From contig NMRA01000073.1 of assembly GCA_002633005.1 (NCBI GenBank), positions 890,911-954,910 on the forward strand: a stretch of DNA of 64,000 nt, read 5' to 3'. A program made the translations under genes and the position numbers. Shown piece after piece: positions 12,124-26,400 of the stretch. The notes under the pieces were generated by a model, which worked only from the letters and a program-made list of their open reading frames with translations, did not search any database and was not told the DNA's origin. Every line of letters begins with the position of its first letter. Position 1 is the stretch's first letter. The DNA is from Phoronis australis (lineage: Eukaryota > Animalia > Phoronida).

Positions 12124-15023
12124 CCGTTGAAACGCCTTCTATCACTGAGTTATGGAAACTGGCACATGTGTCACACTCCATACGGCATTTTAGAACGAGT
12201 GTTCATTGCAGACGCTCATTTGGACGATGGATTTTGTGAATTAAAAAAGACTTATACAGTCAGCGCTGTTTTTGGTAGACCCGCGAATATTAAGCCGACT
12301 GATAGTTCAGTGAACAACATCGGTGAGAGAAAACAATAAAGGTTTCGCGAAAATCGCTTTTACTTAAGTAACGGTTTAGTTCCTAACTCGAGAAAACTTA
12401 GCACGAGTTGGCTGAGACATGCTGCCAACTTGCAGATTTTTTTCTCAGTTATCTTCTCAGCTGGTTATTTTACCTTGCCAGTTACTGCGCTTGGCGTCGA
12501 AAAACTTGACACTGCACTTCCTAAAGTAACACTCCGAAAAAGTGACTGCAGGTTGAATAAACAAATAAGGGCCTGTGAAATGATACCACGCATTACCGAG
12601 GCAACACGCACACTCACACTATATGATCGCAGCACCAACACACAAGTGAAATACCAATTGTTTTCTCTGAATAGAAGTATTTCTTCAATGACAGATGGGT
12701 GCGCCCATGGATATGTGACAAAATGCTGCCGAAAACAAATATTTCACCATTTAAAAACAGAATGACCTACAGCTGATTGGGCAAATACATTGTCTTGGGG
12801 ATGTCAGGTCAAGACCATCGAGCTCGAAAAACACGAGGTGACTAAAACCAACGAAACGAGGGTCCTGAAGAGCAGCACGTTTAAATTGGGATGAGTAAAC
12901 AAAAAGGGGGCGCTTCATATAGATGGACCAAAATCAACTTGAACTCGCATCACAAAAATGACCTGAAACATAGATTTCTTAAACAGTTTCTCATGAGCAA
13001 GACTTAGGGGACCCCTTCAAACGTAACCAGTTAGGGGCTCCGTGAACACTTCCCTTTCGAAAGTCGTTTGCCCCCTCCCCCCAATACAACATTGTTAATC
13101 GGCCAGTTTGGTCACCTTGGTTACCTCAAGTTTACAGGAATTGTATATGGAATATGATGAGGATTACATCACTGAATTTCAATTTACACCAAAATTCATT
13201 GAAATCAAAATTTCTTTTTAAAAGGTTCATTTAGGCCTATAATTTACAAAAATCGTTTATGTACATGTATCAGGACTTATAGTTCGTACACTTGTAAATC
13301 AGACAGTAAAGAAAATTTGTTATCTTTAGTCATGTTCAACGTACCATGCGCGCTCCCAGCCTGCAAAAATGGGGGGGGGGGGGCGGAATGTGGATCATTT
13401 ACTAAGATTCACGGGCACGTTCAGAGCTATGAATGGTGTATTCGCCGAATTTTGGTAGTTCTTGCTCCTTAGTAGACTTTTCTCTGTTTTCTACTTTTTT
13501 TCCGCGTTTTTGTTTCTCTTAGGCGAACTTTTTTTCCCATTTCGCCGAATGGGGGGAGGTTAATATGACTTTCCTGTACGTTGAGTTGATACGTTTTTTT
13601 TAAATCCTTGTTTTTGATGAGAAATCTTTTTGTGGGCTCCAGAAGGCATGAGCACAAATACCCTAGAGTTTACATCATGCTCAAGAAGACTATGAGTAGA
13701 GTTCATCCCGCCACGTGGGTTGTGGGGGGCTCTCCCAGCAGATCATGAGACACAAACATGACTTTAGGAGGAACACACTTTAATTACGTTAACGTGTGTA
13801 CGACTGACAATCTGAAACATGCTTGTCATAAGCATGGCAAAATGTATCCAATTTAGGGCGCCCTCTGGCGGACACCTGAAATTTTGTTTCACCATTATTC
13901 CACGCGACATATGCATAACCACATTAAATGAATTTATGTGTTCAAGTTTTGTATCACCGTTACCAACAGATAAAGTTTTGAAAAATTGCGCACATTCACA
14001 ACAATGTTTGGAGCTGTTGCCGGAAAAATGCAAAAAGTCAAATTTGGAATTCATTTTTGTTTGACATTGGCATGATTTGACCATGATGGTCTCTGATTAG
14101 ATTAACTGTTTGATTGATAGCTTCACATCACTGATAATTACTACACATTTATTTTGAAACACACAGGAAATGATGAAATGGAAACAAGAGAACACATTTC
14201 TATTCTTAATTTCGCCTACTACATTGAAATGCAACTAACAATGTATAGAAAGAAAAATATTCAGTTTTGTTCACTATTTAGCACGAAAAAGGCTAACTCC
14301 TGGGTCCCTACCACAGTAGACTATAAAACCTCGGCGTTTTAGACAACAGTCTTTTCTCTACACCTAAAGTCTAACGAGACACTTCCAAATAACTTATTAA
14401 GTGCCAGTCGAAGCTGTATGTTGTCTACTCTATGGTGCTGCCACTCTCTGGCCACTTCCAATTTATAAACACAAAAGGACAATACTGACTTAGCCCATGG
14501 TGGTTATTTAAAGTGAACAGTGAATGAGTGAAGTATAAGCTAGGACTTGAAGAAAACAACAAGTCACAATTTAGTTGGCCATGCACCCTATATACCTTCA
14601 TATCACACTACCATCTCCACAAGTCATGACAGCTGATTTCCTCTAAGCGCTGCCAAATGCATTTCAGCCTTAGCACCAACTACAGTAAATCTTGCCTCGC
14701 GCTTCCATCACCTCCTCTGCCTAACACAATTGTATCAGCAATTTCTAGAGGGAAAAACGAGACCTCAAAGAAACGCGTAGCCCTGACAGAATTTTTGATT
14801 TTTTACCATTTGTGAACAGCCCTGTGAAACCTGAAGCTGGTCCAAAAACATTTCAAATCAAAACCGCATATAGTGCTGATACAATCAGAAACTTGTGATT
14901 TTTGAACAGAACCGCTCCAGATTTTGCATTAGCTTTGGCTAAGAAGCTGGCTAATGTCTACACACATTTCAGAGGTTATTTCACCAAAATGGCCTCTCAG
15001 TTAAGATTACTCCGAAATAGTGG

Positions 15024-17495
15024 TCACGTGAACAGTGTTCTCAATGTCATGGCTTCCTGGTGCATGTCTTCAGCGGATCTGAACTGGGGTGAGTTCTCTG
15101 GAAGCTCTTGCCCTTTGTCATCTTTATCGTGAGTGGCGAGCTGCAACAAAGCGGAAACACTTAATGAGCCAGCCAATCAAAAGGGTTCCATGTTAATTCT
15201 GATGACCTCGGACTAATTCTGATCATCAAACGCTTGGCCAGACTTGACCTCAAAATTTCCCAATGGACAACCACAGCTAACAATTTCCTTCAGGAAATTC
15301 TTTTAGACCTTTCGACCTCCCGCTCAAACCATTCTTTTAGGGGTGGTTCGCTTGAACTCCCCCCCCAAGCTATGAGTGAGCACCATCAGAAGTGATGTTT
15401 AAACAGGCTCACAATATAGTTCAGACTTTTCTAAGCACATACGGTGCTACCAATGCAATACAATTGACAGATCAAGTCATTCATTGACATGTTCAACACC
15501 GTTTAGTAGTCATCTACAGACACAGCTGGATAACTCACACACTAACATTGCAGTGTTTACATCAATTTGTAGTCTCAGAATGAAGTCCCCGGGTAAGTAA
15601 GAGGTTCTACCGTACGGGACATTAGTAATTAGACAAAACAAGTAATGTCTCACCAATTTCAGACATAAGATTGCGGACAAGTGAATTTTTTCATAAAGGA
15701 CATGTTGCACCAAGATAATAATCCATCAAGTTCAACTTCTGTAACCATAGCCACCAACAATGTTTTGAGAAAATATTATATTGTATTGTATTGTATTGTA
15801 TTGTATTACTTTATGATCAATCGATGCTAAGCTGACATAGTATGTCAATCAAACAAAAAGGTGTAAACTTCCCAACTCAGATTCTTTAAATGATAACCAT
15901 AGAAAGCACGGCACCTTTAAGAACAACCACGGTAGTATTACACCACGGTAGTATTACATCATCAATGATTGTACTCACTTCTTGATACACCGTATCGTTT
16001 TCATCAAAATCTCCAGGTTTCCTTGGCAACACATGTACATGAACATGCTACAAAATGTTAAGAAACACTAGGTTAAGGTAACTCACTACACTCCTTTACA
16101 GTACTATGAAAGGCAGCACTGGGAAAGGATCATGAAACGTGTGTTCGCGTTGGTTTACAGAACTAAGTAACAGACATTCCGATTGGTTGATGCTGGGAAA
16201 TGCTTAAGCATACTGCTCATCTGTTTAGAAATGCTATGTGACTTGTGACTCTTGAAACAAGGAGAAAAGACTATATCGGCAAATTCCATCCAGGGTTGTG
16301 TTTAAAGACACATTTGAGACACAAGTTGACAAGACATCAAATAAAACAACAAAACAATTCACTATACTTTCCCGGCACATTCCCAGAACACACATTTATG
16401 ACAACTTCAAAACCAAGGCATTCCCACTCATGCCAATACACAGTTCTGCTTGTTGGGCCATCATTCTTTCACAGGGTAACTCTCCTCCACAGATGGTGCT
16501 GTGACTGAGAAAAGCTAACTGACCACCTCCGTTACGAAGGATCAGATTTCAAGCAGATTGATAAATTCCGATCCTTGATAACAAAGGTAGTCTGCTAAAC
16601 CTTCCCCTCGCGGAGTTCATAAAAGCTTTCTGCAGTCCAAGGTTAAATATGATTGACTAAATAAAGCCTGTAAGGACCTATAGGACTGACAAATGCGAGG
16701 TCTTTAATGTTGAAATCTTCTATCACAAGGAATTGAAAACCTGTAGTTGGTTGACAAAAGCTTGCTATTCTAATTACAATAACAGAAAACATAAAACGCA
16801 GAGTGAATACTATTGTTAAATTTTACCTCTACGGTTTGACCAGCGTCAGCACCATCTTGTATTGCAATCGTCAGGGCTGTGGCTTTGTAATGGCGTTCCA
16901 GGACTTTGGAGACAGTCTGAGAGGTCACAAACATATCTGACACTTCATCGGGAGTAAGGTCAGCGAACTTCTTAGCTAAACGGAATGGTGAAATCAGCAC
17001 ATCTGACAAAGAGTTAAGGTCAAAACAACAATTCAAGGCCCGAGGCACAGTTACATCTCCACTGAAACTGTTTATCTGTGAATGGATTTGCAATGCAAGT
17101 TGTGATTTTGACAAAGAATGTGCACGAACACCTGTAGAGATATAGTCAGAATTGAAACAAGATTTAGTCAAAAAGAATGGTTATTTAATTGTGGTTACAT
17201 AATTTGGTGAATTTTGATGCAGCTGTTCACTATTTAAGTTTGAAAACTAATGTTGCATTTGTGTATGTTCTAACAGAAACAAGACCAGCAGTATTTCATA
17301 CTGATGAAAGTAGAAACCTAACATGGTTAATGACATAGGAGACCACGCAACAGTATGCTAAAAAGATACGTCCTGCCACCACTGGTTTCCTGTTGACAAA
17401 TGCATAGGACAGTGCCGACTTGTAGAACACGTTGTCAGATGAGATCCAGTGTTGGCCAAACTGATAGGATTCTGAGAATCTGTCTTCACAGGGAG
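15024..17495 (-). CDS. FHIT: Fhit (HIT family) half of NitFhit, last four exons
   Basis: HVHVH histidine triad in exon 16047-15979; terminal exon ends ...[10 protein letters not shown] at 15024. Confidence 0.92.
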
Positions 17496-20400
17496 CTGCA
17501 ATAAAATTACTTCACATTTCAGGAACTGAAAATTAGAGCTCGAAGGAATGCAATTACTTTTCATCAGACTTTCGTTAAAAAATTGAATATACGACTGGAC
17601 TGAAATTATCTTTAATTCGTGTATTAATGAATACCAGGAAGGAATAATTTTGCAATCTGATAGTGCTGGAGCCAATATTTTGCCCCTCAGAATGTTATTT
17701 GTTGCACAGTGACAAAATTTTAATGCTAAATCTCATACAATGGTATTACTTAGCCACCTTTTGTTAGTGGCGTAATTCGTCCATAGAGGTCGTGCCGGCG
17801 ATGCAATTGAAGCGGCATCTGTTGGCGAACTTTCCCAACATAGTCCAGATCAATGTGGGCGAAGCATACATCTGTCCCTTCATGGCACTGGGCTACCACT
17901 GCGCCCCATGGATCAACCACCTACACAGGTAGGTAAAGGTATTTACCACCTACACAAGCAGGTATTTTAAGGTATTTACATCTCATGGATCTGTTTATGA
18001 AGTAAAATATGAATAAACTCAGTTGACTATGACGCTCCCACTCTGACACATCACTGCTAAAAAATAATTTATGAAAACTATCTGCACAACCAGCAGTTAT
18101 GTACATGATTATATTTTTAGAGACCCTGTACTTTTGTTGAGGTAAGATACAGTTATTTTTCAGAAACACTTGTGAGGAGCGCAAGACAAAGTTTCTGACT
18201 TGAGCCTAAAGTAAACCCCTCTACTTATATTCGGCTGACGTTAAGCTGCTGGCTCGCAAACGCAACCTCGAGCAGACTGCATCCCAGCTGGCTGAGTTCA
18301 ATGATGGCAGCCGCCTGCTCGAAGCCGGTATTATTTATGGCCATGCTACGAAGAGTCACAAGAAGAGCCGTACCCGAGTGCTGTCTAATCAAATGCTTAC
18401 AGGCAACATCAGCCCTGGGGTTCTGCACCTTCTGCTGTCACGGGGATGGTCTGGGGAGGGGATTAATGCACCACCATATCCCCAATGATCCTGTCCGTGA
18501 CAGGTATTACAGGTATTACAGCCTAAAGTAAATTTTGCTGAAAATGGTCCCCGAGTTGCACGGTGACCTATCCCTAATAGAAATATCTGACAACATCAAC
18601 GTGAATGTTATCCAAAACACAAGTGTATGATGTGTTCAAGCTGTAATAACAATGACTTGGGGGGGACTACAGCACGTGCATGGACTGTAGGTGCCACATT
18701 TAAACCTTGATTGAGATCACGCGACTCTTATGCAATATCTCTACGCTTGCCAAAAGAACTGTCATTATCATCACTATTGTAAGTGTAATTAATACTATGT
18801 ACTATTGTTATAATTATTATTATGAGCCAGTTGTAATTATTATTAAAGAGGTAAGTGCTACCCCAGCCACTGCTATTACCAGTATGCCCTTCTCACCATA
18901 GCATGTCCGTATGAAAGTCTCTTGTCATTGTTCTTGCCAGTCTGTGCAGCGGCAATAACGTAGCACTGGTTCTCTATAGCTCGACTCCGTAATAGCACCT
19001 GTATCCGGTAATGGAAAGAAACACGTTACCACAACTTTAACTACGGGGAGTAATCGTTTCTTATGACACATGACACTATAGACTGAAGTTCACTGAATAG
19101 AGCTTCAACAAAAGACGAACCATACACTTTCTTGAACTTGTAGCAATTTTGCAATTTCAGCTTGAAGATGTAATTGCATGCTCCAAACTATGCTAATATA
19201 TAGCAGGAACTAAACAAAGTGCAATTGTATTTATTGAGCTTGCCAATGTGAAAGCAAAAATTTCTGCATATAGGTGACCTTTGAACTAATGACACTCCTC
19301 AAGGGCTCACATAGCCCGCATCATGCAGTGGAATTCCCCAGCACCACATCACCATACTTATTGGACATGGTTGTGATTTGCAGCGGAACATTTTCGTCAC
19401 GAAACTCGTTCTTAAAAACATTTCACAATTTTCAACCTACTTCATATTCACACCATCACTACATATTGCGTTTCCAACTAATTTGGCCAAGCAATCACAG
19501 AGACAAGGAATTAGCGTGCAAGTTCCACTTTAACCTAATTAGTACTGAGTGGGACTTAACCATGATGCAGACATTGATTGGCCTCTTTTAGAAGGTGTAG
19601 CATTTTAAAGGCATCACAAATGGCAGATCAATGTACTTAGGAGTCAACTTGGTAGTTGGTCATCTTGGTGACCATTGTTACTGAACACACTATAACTGTT
19701 CATAGAACAGGAAATTGGGAGTATACCGGCCACCACAAATGCTTTCACAACAATCCATTTATTTGGAAGGGTATGCGCAGAAGAGCTATCAGCTGACCTG
19801 TCTGCCTTAAGTGAATGGTAACTGAGCTGACAACTCACATGAATGATCAAAGGTGTGAAAATACAATTGAACTAACTAGCTGCTTCTTAATTTTTGTCAC
19901 ATTTCCACAACAATGAACTAGCGGCAAGATCATTTAATTGTCATCAAATTTTTACGTCTTGGCTTGAGCTGTCAGTTCCGTTACCCGTCACTAGAGGCAG
20001 ACAGGTCAACTCATATCCCTAAAATAGATGGGGTTTCAATACTATTCACATTTTATTTATCATCAGTACATACAATGTTTTTCAAAATCATGCGAATACA
20101 TTATTCCTAATAACAGATGACTCACTGTGCCACACTGGAAACGGGTCAGAATGTTGCATTGTGGAAATATTAATATCAATTTGCAAACAAATCTATCAGT
20201 AAGAGAAGGAGGTTAAAATTTGTTTTTTTCTGTTAGCCAAACTTTAGAACAGCACAGAAAGTCAGAATCACTACCAACGGGATATTTTCAAGTAGCAACG
20301 TGCTGACTGATNAAGTAAATTTTCCTGAAAATGGTCCCCGGGTTGCACGGTGACCTATCCACAATAGAAATATCTGACAACATGAACGTGAATGTTATCC

Positions 20401-23400
20401 AAAACACAAGTGTATGACATTTGTGTTCAAACTGTAATAACAATGACTTGGGTGGGGGGGGGACTACAGCACGTGCATGGACTGTAGGTGCCACATTTAA
20501 ACCTTGATTGAGATCATGCGAATCTTATGCAATATCTCTACGCTTGCCAAAAGAACTGTCATTATCATCTTTGTTGTCACCACTATTGTAAGTGTAATTA
20601 ATACTATGTACTATTGTTATAATCCTCATTATGTACTATTGTTATAATTATTATTATAGAGGTAAGTGCTACCCCAGCCACTGCTATTAAGTATGCCCTT
20701 CTCACCATAGCATGTCCGTATGAAAGTCTCTTGTCATTGTTCTTGCCAGTCTGTGCAGCGGCAATAACGTAACACTGGTTCTCTATAGCTCGACTCCGTA
20801 ATAGCACCTGTACACGGTAAGCGAGAGAAATGCGTTAGCACAACTTTAACTATGGGGAGTAATCGTTTCTTACGACACATGACACTATAGACTGAAGTTC
20901 ACTGAATAGAGTTTCAACAAAAGACGAACCATACACTTTCTTGAACTTGTAGCAATTTTGCAATTTCAGCTTGAAGATGTAATTGCATGCTCCAAACTAT
21001 GCTAATGTCTAGCAGGAACTAAACACAAAGTGCAGTTGTATTTATTGAGCTTGTCAATGTGAAAGCAAAAATTTCTGCAAATAGGTGACCTTTGAACTAA
21101 TGACACACTTCAAGGGCTCACATAGCTCGCATCATGCAGTGGTATTACCCAGCACCACATCACCATACTTATTGGACATGGTTGTGATTTGCAGCGGGAC
21201 ATTTTCGTCACGAAACTCGTTCTTAAAAACATTTCACAATTTTCAACCTACTTCATATCCACATCGTCACTGCATATTGCATTTCTAACTAATTTGGCCA
21301 AGCAATCACAGAGATAGGAAATTAGCCTGCAAGTTCCACTTTATACTAATTAGTACTGAGTGGGACTTAACCATGATGCAGACTTTGATTGCCTTCTTTT
21401 AGAAGGTGCAGCATTTTAAAGGCATCACAAATGGCAGATCAATGTACTTAGGAGTAAACTTGGTAGTTGGTCATCTTGGTGACCATTGTTATTGAACACA
21501 GTATAACTGTTCATAGAACAGGAAATTGGGAGTATACCGGCCACCACAAATGCTTTCACAACAATCCATTTATTTGGAAGGGTATGCGCAGAAGAGCTAT
21601 CAGCTGACCTGTCTGCCTTAAGTGAATGGTAACTGAGCTGACAACTCACATGAATGATCAAAGGTGTGAAAATACAATTGAACTAACTAGCTGCTTCTTA
21701 ATTTTTGTCACATTTCCACAACAATGAACTAGCGGCAAGATCATTCAATTGTCATCAAATTTTTACGTCTTGGCTTGAGCTGTCAGTTCCGTTACCCGTC
21801 ACTAGAGGCAGACAGGTCAACTCGTATCCCTAAAATAGATGGGGTTTCAATACTATTCATATTTTATTTATCATCAGTACATACAATGTTTTTCAAAATC
21901 ATGCGAATACATTATTCCTAATAACAGATGACTCACTGTGCCACACTGGAAACGGGTCAGAATGTTGCATTGTGGAAATATTAATATCAATTTGCAAACA
22001 AATCTATCAGTAAGAGAAGGAGGTTAAAATTTGTTTTTTTCTGTTAGCCAAACTTTAGAACAGCACAGAAAGTCAGAATCACTACCAACGGGATATTTTC
22101 AAGTAGCAACGTGCTGACTGATCACATGGGACCGGATACCACTGCCTGCTTGAGGATGATGGGAGTAATTTAACTTTCAGGGAAACATTTGGCGTCTTAT
22201 CACATACACCGTGAAAGGGCATTTTCACAAAGTCACACACACCACCTGCTGTGTAGAAAAGCCGGTGGTAGTACGAATCACGTAATTCCACATGATCAAT
22301 CACCCTCTGTTACTTTCTGAAAGTTTCCCATTGCTGGTAAACCTGAGAAAACATGGGCATGACACAGAGCTGGCAACAAACGGTGATTCAGGTAATTCAT
22401 CATCCACCGGGCCATCGCCACCGCTGCCACACCCTCAACACATACCTCCCAATGAGCCAGTCCCGTTGGCACAGTGAAATTCGACGGGTAGGTGAGAATC
22501 TCAGCTCCCAGCTGTGTCAGGGCCGTAGAAAATTCTGGAAACCTTAGATCATAGCACTGTAAACAAGGCTAAGGAGTTGCGAGTGGAACACACACATTTT
22601 TACGATGAACACAAGAGGGCGCTGGGTCGGCAAGATTTTTAGATTTGATGGTTCTTGCAATTTAAAAAAATATCGAAGACTAATTATCAACAACGTAAAC
22701 TGCCGGGGTGGTAAAACTTTAAATATCGTCCGCGACCAAAATTTGTTAGAGAACAGGGCTTGGAATGACCAATGACAGAAAACGCGGAAACTTTGAAACT
22801 TTTACGGCCCAAATCATGCCCGATAACCAGCCTTGAAATGGTCACTGTGACAAAAATCGGAAGGACTAAAAAAAAAAAATAATAAAACCGTTACCGTTAC
22901 CACCATCAGTACATCAGTAGCATTAATCTGCGTCCTTTTAGCTCGCCCGTCAGCTCCCAACCCACACCTTTTTGACTGCAGAGCGGTAGTATTTGTCACC
23001 GCGCTTAACAATAACACGGGACGCCATTGAAAATCCCACCACGCTGTCCCAGATGCCCCGGCAATGTTGACAACTTACGTTCCTCCGAAACATAAAGAGC
23101 AACTTCCGCTTTACGAGGTGAACGTCGTCTCCAACGCCGCGGAAAGGAATTTGCCGCGCAAATTTTATATCAAATCCGATTTTTTTACGCGGAAAGCACA
23201 TTTGAAATAAGCGGAAATCCGCGTTTCCGCAGAAAATTCCAAGCCCTGAGAGAAGCGAGGCTAAAGATAGTGCCCACAAAGGTGACTGGGATGGTATGAT
23301 CCAAGATACCACCCAATACAGCAGCTTACCTAATACAAGAACTAGAAAGCAAAGGTCGGAGTTCAAAAGAAGTCAAGAAAACCACACGTCCTCACAAAGC

Positions 23401-26400
23401 CAACAACAGCACCATATGCAAATATTTCAAAATCAATGTGTACTCTTGTGCAGTGGACCTGTCCCATTGGTGCAAAAATACATTTGAATTCATGAATTCT
23501 CAGTGTCTGTACAACATATTACTTGTACGCTCAACATGGTGGTGGTGGTGGTGGTGGTGTTTTCTGCATCCAGACAGAACTGAAAATTTAAAAGGAGTAG
23601 CTCAACTTTAGTAAGAGACCTCACACAATTATCACCATTTCCAATTAAACACTTTCCTTTTTCTGCTCCCAAACATGTGCCAAAGTTTAGAGTAAGGTAT
23701 CTGTTGCCAAGCATTACCCAACTGCCCGAATGATTACATCAAAGGATTATCGCGACTGTATTGTACCCTGTTGGTGGTTTCGTCCACTTTTCAACAACGC
23801 CCAAATTGCATAAACAAAGAGTTAAATTTTGGTGTTTTTCTATCACCATTTTTATGAGCAGACCAAAAGCATGTTTTAATAGCAAGCCTCAGTGACGTGA
23901 CAATACTTGGGAATGGTCCCATACAAAACAAATATACATTTCATAGTCATTACATAGATGATTGGTAGGAAAATAATAATTTGTGGAGAGCAGTTTGCCT
24001 TGTCTTGTTTTGGTGCAATGCCAATCCCAGAAGTAAGGATACAACACCGAGCCCAACGCGACCAACAGGTGTCGCCACTGGAGGTACGATGCAGGTTCCT
24101 GGCTTTACAACTTTAGATTCCTGCAACAAGAAATAACAAAACAGGTAATTAAGACCTAGTAATAACATGTATTGACATCAAAACTATTGAAAATTGATAT
24201 TAAGCATTTGATCATTTGTTGTGGATGTCAGTAGTTTAACAATACAAACCAAAGTAGGACCAGAAACATGTCATGAAGGCTAATTACCCGTGACCAGTAA
24301 TGACCAGGTAACTCAAATGACCGTTGGTCATTCCAGGTGCTTCGACAGTTTTTCGCAAGTATACCTGTTCTTCATGATAAAGCTTGACTAGTCTTTGGCT
24401 GTCCTGGGTAATTACTCATCCTTGTATTGGTGATTACGTATCTCACCTAAGGCATGCTGGGATATGTGTCCTCTACACACTTGTACCACTAAGCTTACAT
24501 CCTTTTTGTTCTTTTATCAGTAATTTTGAAGTCTTTACAAAATAAAATGTCACAAAAATATTGCATTGTCGGACACCATAAATAATAACACCCCTGCTGA
24601 CTTAGATTACTTAGATTGATCATAGAAGTAGTCTCAATTTGTATATTTCTTGGATTAGAATGTCAATTATACGGTAATGCAACCAGGAGCATGTGATAAC
24701 TGCAAATAAGTACAAGACTCTATACATCTTATACACGTAGTCGCCATTTTAAAGTGAGCCTCATTTTAGGTTTAAAAAACAGTGCATTCTACGCTCAATC
24801 ACAGCACTAAGGGTAATTTTCTTTTTTATCCATGCCTCGTTATATTTACCTATCAAATGCATTGTTTTTAAACCTAAAAAGAGGCTCACTACTAAAATGG
24901 CAACTGCGTGAATATGGTTTATCAGGGACCTGCAGGTCACTATTAATGAAACTTCGGATTTTGTATGAAAACCTGGCTAGTAATAATTACAGCTTGTCAC
25001 GAAGTCACCACACACATCCGAGCACACAATCAAAATACTACAGGAAGTAAACAGACGGAAGTTGCAATCTTTCACAGAAAATTGGAAAGGCCTGTTTGTG
25101 AAACATGCACACATAATGTCCTGTTTATAGGCCCTTGCCTTAGGAGGTGAGCCTGAGTGGGATATTGGGTCCCGAGGAGGGGAACTGGTAGTTTCAAAAA
25201 GAAAACACAGTTTGGACTGACATTTGCTAAGTTTGCCAGTTTTTCACTCCAGGTACATATATCTCATTTACGGCTCCTGTCAACAGTGCGTCGTTTGTAG
25301 TGCTTTGATCTAAGCAACCTCAGTTTCTGTGTTGGCGACCTGGGAATTTTACCAAGTTGCATTTACCGAGTTGACATTATGCTAAGCATCGAGCCCTGAG
25401 GTACAAAATGCACGAAAAAATACATCGAGACGAACTGTCAAGTAAAGAATAAATTGATGCTTACACACAATGACACATTGATACCATTGTCATAGTCATA
25501 GAGATGAGTCTTACAATAGGTGGCGCTGATGTCACCCTGGTTGTTCACTACAACATGAGTATTGCTCAATCTTGGATCTTCGTCATGTCTCTGAAATAGT
25601 AAAACAGATCACAATAGCGAGATTTTCACAGAATTTCCCAAAATCATGTTAGTGATCTAGGAAATGACACTTCAAATGATTTCATCGAATTTGTAAAAGA
25701 AAATTAGCTTTTGCTGTTATGAAGCTGCCTTCAGCCAAAAAGACTACCTTTTTACTTCAAAAATCTCTAATACGAAACAAATCTCAACTTGCGTTTTATT
25801 CCAAGAAGTGACTCGCCATAGCTTAGGAAGAACAGGCAGTCTGTCATGGGACAAGCCTCAGCTCAGAACATGTACTGTGAAAACTGTTTTCAATCTTACA
25901 CAGGTTCAGAAAATTGACAATTTCTACTGATTGAAAATTGGTAAATTTAGTTAGCAAATGATTTAAGTTCCCTCTGGGTTTTCCCACAATTTTGACAAAA
26001 CTTCAAGGGAACGCAACTTTTGAGACCCACTAGACTAAGAAAGTGACACCATTAACAGTATAAAGTGCCTTTTCATGAAAGCCTCCAAGTGACAGCCAAA
26101 CGTTTAGTTGCTTTGCAAGTTGCCTATACTTCGTAATCAGCTCCCCATCCACTGGTTCAGCTAGACACTTGCTTTCTACAGCATCACTGCCAACGTAATC
26201 AAAGCACTCGGGCAGGAAAACCATCTGAAATATATTTCAAAAACTACATTTGAACATACACTTATTGCAACATTGAAACAAGCACAGAATGAGAAATAAG
26301 AACTGCAAAAAGAAGTTAAAGCAAAAGTAAAGATAAGAAACTATGTGAATTTTGATGAGTTTGAACACTTTACTACTAGGCGAGGAGAGACTTTCCACTT

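Noticed and set aside
19274-21661. Paired paralogous short ORFs (MTFELMT..., MIIHVSC...)
   Set aside because: Chance intronic ORFs repeated by the 1.8-kb duplication.
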